DNA from: Candidatus Hydrogenedentota bacterium
GTDB taxonomy: Bacteria; Hydrogenedentota; Hydrogenedentia; Hydrogenedentales; SLHB01
Length of the DNA stretch: 64,000 nt
Direction of reading: 5' to 3'
Assembly (NCBI GenBank): GCA_963668025.2
Contig: CAXXTH010000010.1
Span: 768,001-832,000 of the forward strand
Below are positions 50,994 to 60,315 of this stretch, one piece after another. Under the pieces are notes generated by a model that saw only the letters and a list, made by a program, of their open reading frames with translations, was not told where the DNA came from and did no database searches. Position numbers and translations under genes: made by a program. Position 1 is the stretch's first letter. Every line of letters begins with the position of its first letter.

Positions 50994-51146
50994 ATGAGAT
51001 CAATCAGTGCCTCTATCATTGTCCTTGCTGCTGCCATTCTGCTGCTTGGCGGTTATTACATGCGAGAGCTCTATATTCTGGTAGTGGGTTATGGAGTCGG
51101 CCTAATCGGTCTAATAGGCTGGTATGTTAGCATGAAAGAGAAATAG
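50994..51146 (+). CDS. Small two-TM membrane protein (50 aa)
   Basis: RBS GGGAG; two hydrophobic helices. Confidence 0.55.
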   Translation: MRSISASIIVLAAAILLLGGYYMRELYILVVGYGVGLIGLIGWYVSMKEK

Positions 51147-51528
51147 TATAGAATTGAGCAAGGCAGCCTCTGGAGCAGTTGCATTGTCGTATATGCCTTG
51201 TAAGGGCATCCTTGGCGCATTGGAAATGGAGCGCCCTTACAGGGCGCGTCTCATGGTTTGGTTTTACCCAGGGACGCCCTTGCCCTACGGGCGGCGGTCG
51301 GCCCTGGGCTGTGGTGGAATGTCCCTTCGGGACACGCTTTGCGGCTTTTTGTGTTTTCAGCAGGGGGCTTGCTCCACCGTTAGGATTGGAAACGTTGAAC
51401 GACACAATACTGAATTATAAATCAGTTATCAAGGTCTGGATTTATGTTATAATAATACAACAAAAGAAGCAGTATAGAAATTATATCATTGCTATTTGTA
51501 GTAATGATAGAATATAAGGAGGCTTCTT

Positions 51529-51908
51529 GTGTTTCATTATTTTCTCCTCCAAAAAAGAATAATAATGTTCTTGGCGATCTTGCTGGTAATTGCTCCAAAG
51601 TCGTTCTGTGACAACTATTATTATCATCCGCAATGCGTTACATCCAGTGTGCCAAACGCATACAAATCGCCAACGGAACTGGTTACAGACAAAATAGTTT
51701 TGGCGACAAAATGGTGGAATTATGCAAATAGGGTAGTTCCTCATGAATACGGCCATACTGCTGGTCTGCGACATCCTGATGATCCAAACGTAACATGTCC
51801 ACCGCGCCACCGATTGTACATTCCCTGAATTTTATGTGTTCAACTACGGGATCTGACCATGATTTTCTCATCACATGTCAATGTGATGAGTTGGTGGGGC
51901 ATCACTAA
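51529..51908 (+). pseudogene. Degraded secreted metzincin-type zinc metalloprotease
   Basis: HEYGHTAGLRH (HExxHxxGxxH); a Met-turn-like LNFMCS lies in another frame ending at 51908. Confidence 0.55.
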
Positions 51909-51968
51909 GTGAAGTGAATCCCTAATATTTGGCCAATGATAATTTCGCAAGAAAGGAGATTGTCTCCG

Positions 51969-52658
51969 ATGAATAGTAGTCACAAACACAAATATTCATA
52001 TTTTTGTACAGCAGCATGCATGCTGATGATTTCTTTTGCTGGATATTCGGAAGAAGCGTTACCAGCAAAACCTTTTGAAAAAATTGTACTCGATGAGGAG
52101 TATGATTTCGGGCGCGAATATCATCCGTACAATGAAAAGGACGCAGAGAGATTTGCCTCTTTGTGTGATGAAAACGTGGTACAGGCGCTTCTTTCCATTC
52201 TCGCCAACGAAGAATCAGATTACGAATATAATAAGGCGAAAATCGCTTTTTTCATTGGAAAAACCAAGGATCCCAAAGTATTTGATGTTTTTGTCAAATG
52301 TTTGGAGCGTTGGCTGGCAGCCCCTATCAATAAAGAGACGGAATATTATATCTTTTTTACTATAACGGCTATTATGTTTTTGGGAGACGAGCGTTCTGCT
52401 GATTATTTGGCAGACATGGCCAAAGCAACATATTGGGAGCATTTACCAAACGGATTGGTCAGTAGTATCGAAGGAAAAACAAGCAAGAGTCTCGTTAGAT
52501 TTTACAGAGAGCATATTATTTATACTTTAAGTCATGCAAAAAATGAATACACAATAAAAATTCTTACAGAAATGGAAACGGATCCGTGTTTCGCCGACCT
52601 GGGTGACATCATACAGTCCGTCAAGCATCAACAAGAAACACAGGATGTGATGGAGTGA
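51969..52658 (+). CDS. Secreted helical (HEAT-like) hypothetical protein
   Basis: RBS AAAGGAG, signal peptide, AT-rich. Confidence 0.65.
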   Translation: MNSSHKHKYSYFCTAACMLMISFAGYSEEALPAKPFEKIVLDEEYDFGREYHPYNEKDAERFASLCDENVVQALLSILANEESDYEYNKAKIAFFIGKTKDPKVFDVFVKCLERWLAAPINKETEYYIFFTITAIMFLGDERSADYLADMAKATYWEHLPNGLVSSIEGKTSKSLVRFYREHIIYTLSHAKNEYTIKILTEMETDPCFADLGDIIQSVKHQQETQDVME

Positions 52659-52702
52659 ACGAATCGGGACTAGACATCTGGGGCGGAAAGATGGGATAGA
52701 AC

Positions 52703-53447
52703 ATGAAAAAACGTAGGAAATTCTTTTTTTTCTGTATATTCATTGGAGGAAATGTCATATGCCAGTCTGCAACAGCTCATCTATCCACTGAATACATTAC
52801 TGGAAAGACCTATGACGCGGTGTTGACTTATCTTAACAAAGACCAAGCATTTGCAACACGATATTACAATGTCAAGGATTGTTTCTTGTCAGCAGATAAA
52901 CTTGGCGAAATTATGCCGGAGTTAGACAGATTAGTCAGCGAGAGCCAGGATATTTCCCCTGAAGTGCATGTTCATATGTTGGCGTTGCTGGCGGACTATT
53001 ATTCCTATGCGGATTCCCCTCGACGGGAAGTCGAAACGTTGGACTCTATGAGAAAAACTGATGTTTTTTCTGCGGAAGACGCAGAAGAAATGGCGTATTG
53101 GATAGATGTGGACACGTGCCAAATTTTGACTTATACACGTAGCACTAAGGAGAGTTTCCAGCCAACCATGTCGGAGATAGATTCTGCATATGAAAACTTG
53201 TTTTCTAGATATAGTCCCTATCGATATGAAATTTTGAGAGGCCATTATCAGTATGCCATGGCTGCTTATCGTTCCGCATCGAGATTACAGGATGATCATT
53301 ATTACTTGGTTGCGTTAGATCATCTACGGGAAGTACATAGGATCGCCCAGGAAGTACTGTCTCGCCCATCACTTGCGGAAGATGAAGCGATTCTGAATAA
53401 AGCGACTGAGTTCGAAAGAAAATACGTGAATAGTAGATATAATTTTG
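52703..53447 (+). pseudogene. Secreted hypothetical protein truncated by IS66 copy 2
   Basis: ORF reads into the IS left end at 53448; its 3' part is not found after the IS. Confidence 0.7.
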
Positions 53448-54975
53448 GTAACACTTTAGCCGTCTGGCGCAACCATAAGTAGCGTTTCGGTATAATATAG
53501 TTACAAGATGTTGTGGTTTTGGGCCAAGACGCCATGGCGACGGCAATAAGTGGCATTCCATTGGGACCGCTGCTCTCGGAGGAGCAAGCCCGAGCGATCT
53601 ACGCATTGGGCGAAGATGCCGTGGTGTTTGCCCTGTTGGCGCAATCCAAGCTGCTGTCGGAGCAGCAGGCCGAGGCGGCGTTCACTTCCCACCAAACGCC
53701 CTCCACCCCTTCGGGCATGCAGCCAGTTTACGGGAAACCCCAGACGCCTGTGCGCGGCAAGAAAAAGCCGGGACGCAAGATGGGCCACCCCGGCAGCCGG
53801 CGCGTGCCGCCCGAACGTATCGACCGGCGTGAAACACACCGCACCAAGGTGTGTCCCGACTGCGGCGGGCCGCTGGACCGCCGCGCGGAGACCCGCACGC
53901 GCTACACCGAAGACATACCCGAAGGCATCCGTCCGGAAATCACCGAGCATACCATTCACCGCGACTGGTGTCCGCGATGCAAGAAGAAAGTCGAGCCGGT
54001 TGTGGCGGCGGCCTTGCCGGGCGCGACCCTGGGCAACCGGGTGCTGGTCCTCAGCGCGTGGCTGCACTATGTGTTGGGCAACACGCTTTCGCAAATCGTG
54101 GAGGTCTTCGATTTCCACCTGCTTTTCCAGGTCACGCCGGGCGGGCTGCTGCACATGTGGCGCAGGCTGGCGGAGATTCTCCTGCCTTGGTACGAGGCCA
54201 TTCACCAGGAAGCGCTGGACTCGGCGGTGCTCAACGCCGACGAGACCGGCTGGCGCGTGAATGGCAAGACCCGATGGCTGTGGTGTTTCGCCACCAAAGG
54301 GCTGAGCTTTTTCCTGATCGACCATTCGCGGGGGAGTCCGGCGCTCCAGCAGTTCTTCACGCGGGAATTCGCCGGAACGCTGGTGGCCGACTTCTGGGCC
54401 GCGTACAACGCCGTGGCGTGCGCCGCCCGGCAGAAGTGCCTCGTGCATTTGTTGCGCGAACTCGAGCACGTGGAGAAATACAAATCGCCCAGCCCGGCCT
54501 GGCCCGCCTTCGCCAAAAAGCTGCGCCGCCTGATTGCCGACGCCATCCGGCTGTGGCGGCGGCGCGGCGAGCTCGAACCGGAGGCGTACGACTCGCGCCG
54601 CGCGCGCTTCGCCCGGCGCTTGCGGGACTTGTGCGATACGCCCTGGGAGGACGCCAACGCCAAGCGCCTCATAAAAAGGCTGCGCCGACACCAGGATGAA
54701 CTCTTCACTTTTCTCGGCCAATCAGATGTTCCCTTCGACAACAACTTGGCGGAACGCTCCATCCGTCCTGCCGTTATCCTGCGCAAAAACAGTTACTGCA
54801 ACCGCAGCGACCAAGGAGCCGCCATACAAGCGGTGCTCATGAGCGTCTTCTTTACTTTGAAAAAACGCGGGCAAAACCCCGTCTGCACCGTCTGCAACGC
54901 CCTGGTCCACTACCTCAACACCGGCCAATTGCCTCCCCTGCCACCGGAAAACACTTCAGTCGGCTAAAGTGTTAC
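53448..54975 (+). mobile_element. IS66-family element copy 2, nearly identical to copy 1, no TSD
   Basis: Same 1528-bp length and GTAACACTTTAGCCG IRs; flanks TAATTTTG and TAAAATCC differ. Confidence 0.95.
53513..54967 (+). CDS. IS66 transposase
   Basis: Protein identical to 8395-9849. Confidence 0.95.
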   Translation: MVLGQDAMATAISGIPLGPLLSEEQARAIYALGEDAVVFALLAQSKLLSEQQAEAAFTSHQTPSTPSGMQPVYGKPQTPVRGKKKPGRKMGHPGSRRVPPERIDRRETHRTKVCPDCGGPLDRRAETRTRYTEDIPEGIRPEITEHTIHRDWCPRCKKKVEPVVAAALPGATLGNRVLVLSAWLHYVLGNTLSQIVEVFDFHLLFQVTPGGLLHMWRRLAEILLPWYEAIHQEALDSAVLNADETGWRVNGKTRWLWCFATKGLSFFLIDHSRGSPALQQFFTREFAGTLVADFWAAYNAVACAARQKCLVHLLRELEHVEKYKSPSPAWPAFAKKLRRLIADAIRLWRRRGELEPEAYDSRRARFARRLRDLCDTPWEDANAKRLIKRLRRHQDELFTFLGQSDVPFDNNLAERSIRPAVILRKNSYCNRSDQGAAIQAVLMSVFFTLKKRGQNPVCTVCNALVHYLNTGQLPPLPPENTSVG

Positions 54976-55346
54976 TAAAATCCATGAAGCACACCAAAAA
55001 GATGCAAGCGTTGCTGGAGCGCATGGCGCAGATTAAGCGGATGGAGCGCGGGAAGCTCTGTCAAATGGGCGGGCGTCCCCACTTTAACCACCAGAGCTGG
55101 GAGAACGAGAAGAACGTGGTTCGCTATGTGTCGGCGCGCGAAACCGAGTTCCTAAAAGAGGCCATCAATGGCTACCAGGCTTTCATGAAGCTGGCTGAAC
55201 GCTACGTTGACGAAGTCGTCAAGCAAACCCGCCGTGAGCGCGCAAAGACCTTCCCCCCAGCGAAAAATCCCAGGCCACGTTGACAGAAAAAATCATGCAC
55301 AACAGGATAAATCGACTCTTGAGCACTATTAGATGCGTAAGCCCTG
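54976..55346. mobile_element. ISAs1-family element copy A, truncated by IS66 (small ORF and one IR remain)
   Basis: Matches the right ~370 bp of copies B and C; IR TTAGATGCGTAAGCCCTG at 55329-55346. Confidence 0.9.
54984..55283 (+). CDS. Small IS-associated protein (DUF6788-like), copy A
   Basis: MERGKLCQM...HQSWENEKNVVRYV...AINGYQAFMKL; 3 aa differences from copies B/C. Confidence 0.75.
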   Translation: MKHTKKMQALLERMAQIKRMERGKLCQMGGRPHFNHQSWENEKNVVRYVSARETEFLKEAINGYQAFMKLAERYVDEVVKQTRRERAKTFPPAKNPRPR

Positions 55347-55370
55347 GCCTGAACACCAGGGCTTACGCAT

Positions 55371-56528
55371 CTAAATTCCCAGTAAACGTAGAAGGTATTC
55401 GGGGTCGAGTGCAGCAGCGAAGCGCTTGCCCCTGAGGAAATCTTTGTTGGTCTTGTCTTTCTTGAGGAGGTTGAGTGTAATTCTCCTCAAGGAGGCGAGA
55501 TTCTGGGCGGCGTTTCTTGTTCGGGCGCGGTTGTCGTCTTCGCGAAAGATAATGTCTAGGCACCAGTGCAAATTGTTTTCCACGCCCCAGTGTCCACGCA
55601 CGGCGTGGGCGAATCGTCGTGCGTCGAGGGGCAGGCTGCTCAAGTAGTAGCGCCGCTCGATGGTGTTCTTCCCTTTTTCCTTGCGGATGGACTCGACCAT
55701 GCCGAAACTCTTGAGGCCCTTCCAAAGTCCTTTGTCCTCGAACCAGCCCAAGTCGGTGGATTGCCAGTATCGGCGGGTTTCGATGCGGCCATGCCCCTTG
55801 TCGATGGTCTGGTGGAAATCCATCCGTGTGGCGTCGGCTGTTGGCGCGCACTGGGTGGCGCAAGGGGGAACGGCGTCCTTGAAAAAGGCCTTCACTTCTT
55901 CTAGGGCGGTGGCGTGGTTGCCTTTGAGGGCCAGCACGTAGTCGGCCTGCCGTTGGATAATGTGGGAGGCGATATCCTTCTGGCAGCCCATGGCGTCCAG
56001 GGTGACGATGGCTCCCTTGAGCTTTAAGGCGTTGAGGAGTTTGGGGACGGCGGTGATTTCGTTGGATTTCTCGTCCACCTTGACCTGCCCCAGCGCCAGG
56101 CCGTGCTCGCAAGCCCATGCGCTGACGATGTAGGGGATGGCCTCCCCCTGATTCAAGGCGCGCCGCAGGGCTTTGCCGTCAATGGCGGCGACCTCATCGC
56201 TTAGATTGGGGCAAATGCCCTGCACCCATTGGCCGAAGCATTCCAGAAAGGCATGGGGGTCGAGGGCGGAAAAGACCCGGTTGAAGGTGTCGTGCGAGGG
56301 GATGCCGCCGGGCAATTCCAGGAAGCCCTTCAGCCAATCCTCCCGGAGCCGGCCGAAGCGCTCCATATCCGAAAAGCTCTCTCCGCCCACGAGGGCTGAG
56401 CATAGCCCAATCACCAAGATGTCAATGAAGTTGTGCCTGCGGGTCCGGTCCATGCGGGGATCAGGCAGGCCCGCGAAACACTCGATAATAGGCTTGGGCT
56501 TGGGCAGGGATTTCTTTTCAGCGGTCAT
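55371..56528 (-). CDS. ISAs1 family transposase
   Basis: DPR, PSHDTF, IDGK, KSNEI, DAMGCQ, LKGN, HGRIETR, HWGVENNLHW..D..FRED. Confidence 0.97.
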   Translation of the reverse strand: MTAEKKSLPKPKPIIECFAGLPDPRMDRTRRHNFIDILVIGLCSALVGGESFSDMERFGRLREDWLKGFLELPGGIPSHDTFNRVFSALDPHAFLECFGQWVQGICPNLSDEVAAIDGKALRRALNQGEAIPYIVSAWACEHGLALGQVKVDEKSNEITAVPKLLNALKLKGAIVTLDAMGCQKDIASHIIQRQADYVLALKGNHATALEEVKAFFKDAVPPCATQCAPTADATRMDFHQTIDKGHGRIETRRYWQSTDLGWFEDKGLWKGLKSFGMVESIRKEKGKNTIERRYYLSSLPLDARRFAHAVRGHWGVENNLHWCLDIIFREDDNRARTRNAAQNLASLRRITLNLLKKDKTNKDFLRGKRFAAALDPEYLLRLLGI

Positions 56529-56599
56529 GGGGTGCTCCTTTCATTCATGCGCCGAAGCACTGTTGACTCTAGTATATAGAATTCTATATATTAAAATCC

Positions 56600-56899
56600 A
56601 TGAAGCACACCAAAAAGATGCAAGCATTGCTGGAGCGCATGGCGCAGATTGAGCGGATGGAGCGCGGAAAGCTCTGTCAAATGGGCGGGCGTCCCCACTT
56701 TAACCACCAGAGCTGGGAGAACGAGAAGAACGTGGTTCGCTATGTGCCGGCGCGCGAAACCGAGTTCCTAAAAGAGGCCATCAATGGCTACCAGGCTTTC
56801 ATGAAGCTGGCTGAACGCTACGTGGACGAAGTCGTCAAGCAAACCCGCCGTGAGCGCGCAAAGACCTTCCCCCAAGCGAAAAATCCCAGGCCACGTTGA
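56600..56899 (+). CDS. Small IS-associated protein (DUF6788-like), copy B
   Basis: Inside the ISAs1 IRs, divergent from the transposase. Confidence 0.75.
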   Translation: MKHTKKMQALLERMAQIERMERGKLCQMGGRPHFNHQSWENEKNVVRYVPARETEFLKEAINGYQAFMKLAERYVDEVVKQTRRERAKTFPQAKNPRPR

Positions 56900-56985
56900 C
56901 AGAAAAAATCATGCACAACAGGATAAATCGACTCTTGAGCACTATTAGATGCGTAAGCCCTGCCTGAACACCAGGGCTTACGCAT

Positions 56986-58144
56986 CTAAATTCCCAGTAA
57001 ACGTAGAAGGTATTCGGGGTCGAGTGCAGCAGCGAAGCGCTTGCCCCTGAGGAAATCTTTGTTGGTCTTGTCTTTCTTGAGGAGGTTGAGTGTAATTCTC
57101 CTCAAGGAGGCGAGATTCTGGGCGGCGTTTCTTGTTCGGGCGCGGTTGTCGTCTTCGCGAAAGATAATGTCTAGGCACCAGTGCAAATTGTTTTCCACGC
57201 CCCAGTGTCCACGCACGGCGTGGGCGAATCGTCGTGCGTCGAGGGGCAGGCTGCTCAAGTAGTAGCGCCGCTCGATGGTGTTCTTCCCTTTTTCCTTGCG
57301 GATGGACTCGACCATGCCGAAACTCTTGAGGCCCTTCCAAAGTCCTTTGTCCTCGAACCAGCCCAAGTCGGTGGATTGCCAGTATCGGCGGGTTTCGATG
57401 CGGCCATGCCCCTTGTCGATGGTCTGGTGGAAATCCATCCGTGTGGCGTCGGCTGTTGGCGCGCACTGGGTGGCGCAAGGGGGAACGGCGTCCTTGAAAA
57501 AAGGCCTTCACTTCTTCTAGGGCGGTGGCGTGGTTGCCTTTGAGGGCCAGCACGTAGTCGGCCTGCCGTTGGATAATGTGGGAGGCGATATCCTTCTGGC
57601 AGCCCATGGCGTCCAGGGTGACGATGGCTCCCTTGAGCTTTAAGGCGTTGAGGAGTTTGGGGACGGCGGTGATTTCGTTGGATTTCTCGTCCACCTTGAC
57701 CTGCCCCAGCGCCAGGCCGTGCTCGCAAGCCCATGCGCTGACGATGTAGGGGATGGCCTCCCCCTGATTCAAGGCGCGCCGCAGGGCTTTGCCGTCAATG
57801 GCGACGACCTCATCGCTTAGATTGGGGCAAATGCCCTGCACCCATTGGCCGAAGCATTCCAGAAAGGCATGGGGGTCGAGGGCGGAAAAGACCCGGTTGA
57901 AGGTGTCGTGCGAGGGGATGCCGCCGGGCAATTCCAGGAAGCCCTTCAGCCAATCCTCCCGGAGCCAGCCGAAGCGCTCCATATCCGAAAAGCTCTCCCC
58001 GCCCACGAGGGCTGAGCATAGCCCAATCATCAAGATGTCAATGAAGTTGTGCCTGCGGGTCCGGTCCATGCGGGGATCAGGCAGGCCCGCGAAACACTCG
58101 ATAATAGGCTTGGGCTTGGGCAGGGATTTCTTTTCAGCGGTCAT
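56986..58144 (-). pseudogene. ISAs1 transposase with +1 frameshift
   Basis: A6 at 57497-57502 versus A5 in copy B (55882-55886); also V>M, R>W and A>V substitutions. Confidence 0.85.
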
Positions 58145-58215
58145 GGGGTGCTCCTTTCATTCATGCGCCGAAGCACTGTTGACTCTAGTATATAGAATTC
58201 TATATATTAAAATCC

Positions 58216-58515
58216 ATGAAGCACACCAAAAAGATGCAAGCATTGCTGGAGCGCATGGCGCAGATTGAGCGGATGGAGCGCGGAAAGCTCTGTCAAATGG
58301 GCGGGCGTCCCCACTTTAACCACCAGAGCTGGGAGAACGAGAAGAACGTGGTTCGCTATGTGCCGGCGCGCGAAACCGAGTTCCTAAAAGAGGCCATCAA
58401 TGGCTACCAGGCTTTCATGAAGCTGGCTGAACGCTACGTGGACGAAGTCGTCAAGCAAACCCGCCGTGAGCGCGCAAAGACCTTCCCCCAAGCGAAAAAT
58501 CCCAGGCCACGTTGA
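58216..58515 (+). CDS. Small IS-associated protein (DUF6788-like), copy C
   Basis: Identical protein to copy B. Confidence 0.75.
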   Translation: MKHTKKMQALLERMAQIERMERGKLCQMGGRPHFNHQSWENEKNVVRYVPARETEFLKEAINGYQAFMKLAERYVDEVVKQTRRERAKTFPQAKNPRPR

Positions 58516-58596
58516 CAGAAAAAATCATGCACAACAGGATAAATCGACTCTTGAGCACTATTAGATGCGTAAGCCCTGGCCTGAACACCACTTTCC

Positions 58597-58626
58597 TTGT
58601 GTTGTGTCTTCACCGGGGAGTATAAT
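58597..58626 (+). promoter_or_regulatory. Putative sigma70 promoter of aroF-scpB-rluB
   Basis: TTGTGT-18 bp-TATAAT immediately downstream of the ISAs1 target. Confidence 0.45.
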
Positions 58627-58707
58627 CTTTATTCCGTCTTTTCGGGCCAGGGGCGCGGCTCGAGTGGGGTTTCGCGCTCATGGTGAAGCGCCAGAGGTGA
58701 ATGAAGC

Positions 58708-59721
58708 ATGATCATAGTCATGGAGTCGCGCGATAAACAGGATGTAGATCGCGTTGTCGCCAAAATAGAAGAATTCGGGTATCAAGCCCATATCATATGT
58801 GGCGTCGAACGTACGGTGATCGGAGCCGTAGGTGATGAACGCACCAAGGGCCGTTTGCTTTCCCTCGAGTCCATGCCCGGCGTGGAAAAAGTCGTACCTA
58901 TCCTCAAGCCGTTCAAACTCGCCGGACGCGAGCTCATACCGGATAATTCCGTCTTTCATACAGGCCCAGCGCAAATGGGCGGCAGCCGGTTCTGCGTCAT
59001 GGCGGGGCCGTGTTCCGTAGAGTCGCGCGAGCAAATACTCGAGACCGCGCGTATCGTGTGTGATGCGGGGGCTGCGGTGCTCCGAGGCGGAGCATATAAG
59101 CCGCGTACATCGCCATACAGCTTTCAAGGGCTCGAAGAGGAAGGCTTGAGCCTTCTCGAAGAAGCCCGTGAAGCGACGGGATTGCCTATCATTACGGAAG
59201 TGCTCACGCCTGAGCAAGCTCCCTTTGTAGCGGAGCATTCGGACATCCTTCAAATAGGCGCTCGCAACATGCAGAATTATGGCCTCTTGAAGGCCGTGGG
59301 GAAGCTGGACAAGCCGGTGTTTCTCAAGCGGGGCATGATGTCCACCATCAATGAATTACTGATGTCCGCCGAATACATCATGTCGGAAGGCAATAAACAA
59401 GTGATCCTCTGCGAACGGGGCATCCGCACGTTTGAGACAGAGACGCGAAATACGCTCGATATCAGCGCGGTGCCCGTGCTCAAGAAGCTGACCCATCTGC
59501 CTGTTTTCGTTGATCCCAGCCATGGCACCGGCCATTGGGATTTGGTGGCGCCCATGGCGAAGGCGGCTATCGCCGCTGGTGCGGATGGGCTCATGATTGA
59601 GGTGCATCCGAAGCCCGAGGAAGCCTTTTCGGATGGCGCCCAATCGCTCAAGCCGGGCCGTTTCCAGAAATTAATGGAAGAAATCCAGCCGTATCTGCAA
59701 CTCGCCGGAAAGACGCTGTAA
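58708..59721 (+). CDS. aroF: 3-deoxy-7-phosphoheptulonate (DAHP) synthase, type Ibeta with N-terminal ACT domain
   Basis: [46 protein letters not shown]. Confidence 0.96.
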   Translation: MIIVMESRDKQDVDRVVAKIEEFGYQAHIICGVERTVIGAVGDERTKGRLLSLESMPGVEKVVPILKPFKLAGRELIPDNSVFHTGPAQMGGSRFCVMAGPCSVESREQILETARIVCDAGAAVLRGGAYKPRTSPYSFQGLEEEGLSLLEEAREATGLPIITEVLTPEQAPFVAEHSDILQIGARNMQNYGLLKAVGKLDKPVFLKRGMMSTINELLMSAEYIMSEGNKQVILCERGIRTFETETRNTLDISAVPVLKKLTHLPVFVDPSHGTGHWDLVAPMAKAAIAAGADGLMIEVHPKPEEAFSDGAQSLKPGRFQKLMEEIQPYLQLAGKTL

Positions 59722-59727
59722 CCGGAT

Positions 59728-60315
59728 ATGTCGGAAGAAGAACGTATTTTAGAGCAAGAAGAAGAAGAGCTCGAGCCTGTCGAGACGCTGGGCCGTGAGG
59801 AAACTCGCCAGGCGCTGCATGCGCTGCTTTTCGTGAGTGATAAGCCGCTGAGCGCCGAACGCCTCGCGGAGGCCATGGGCGATATCGATCCAGAAATGGT
59901 GGTTATGCTGCTCGAAGAATTAGTCGGCGCGCTCGAACAGCAAAGCGCTCCCTACGAGTTGAGGGAGATCGCCGGGGGGTACCAGTTCACCACCAAAACC
60001 GCTTTTGCGCCCTATATCCGGCGGCTGCTGCAAATCAAAAAAAGCAACCGCTTATCGAAGACTGCGCTCGAAACGCTTGCCATCGTCGCGTATAAACAGC
60101 CTTGCACACGCACTCAGGTCGAGGAGATTCGCGGCGTCAGCGTCTCCCACGCATTCGAACTATTGCAAGAGAAACGCCTGATTAAGGTGGCCGGTGTCGC
60201 GGAAACGCCCGGACGGCCAAAACTATACCGCACGACAGATGAGTTTTTAGTTCATTTTGGAATCAAGAGCCTTAAAGAACTGCCTTCCATCGAGGAGCTA
60301 CGCGAACTTCGATGA
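59728..60315 (+). CDS. scpB: SMC-Scp complex subunit ScpB
   Basis: ALLFVSDKPL, LETLAIVAYKQP, GRPKLYRTTDEFL. Confidence 0.95.
   Translation: MSEEERILEQEEEELEPVETLGREETRQALHALLFVSDKPLSAERLAEAMGDIDPEMVVMLLEELVGALEQQSAPYELREIAGGYQFTTKTAFAPYIRRLLQIKKSNRLSKTALETLAIVAYKQPCTRTQVEEIRGVSVSHAFELLQEKRLIKVAGVAETPGRPKLYRTTDEFLVHFGIKSLKELPSIEELRELR

Larger units (their letters stand above)
55357..56962 (-). mobile_element. ISAs1-family element copy B (intact)
   Basis: 18-bp IRs CAGGGCTTACGCATCTAA; flanked by GCCTGAACAC and CCTGAACAC. Confidence 0.95.
56972..58578 (-). mobile_element. ISAs1-family element copy C
   Basis: Same IRs; followed by GCCTGAACAC at 58579-58588. Confidence 0.95.

Noticed and set aside
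8387-54975. Composite transposon or inversion bounded by the two inverted IS66 copies
   Set aside because: Copy 1 retains its own perfect TSD, and its flanks do not match those of copy 2
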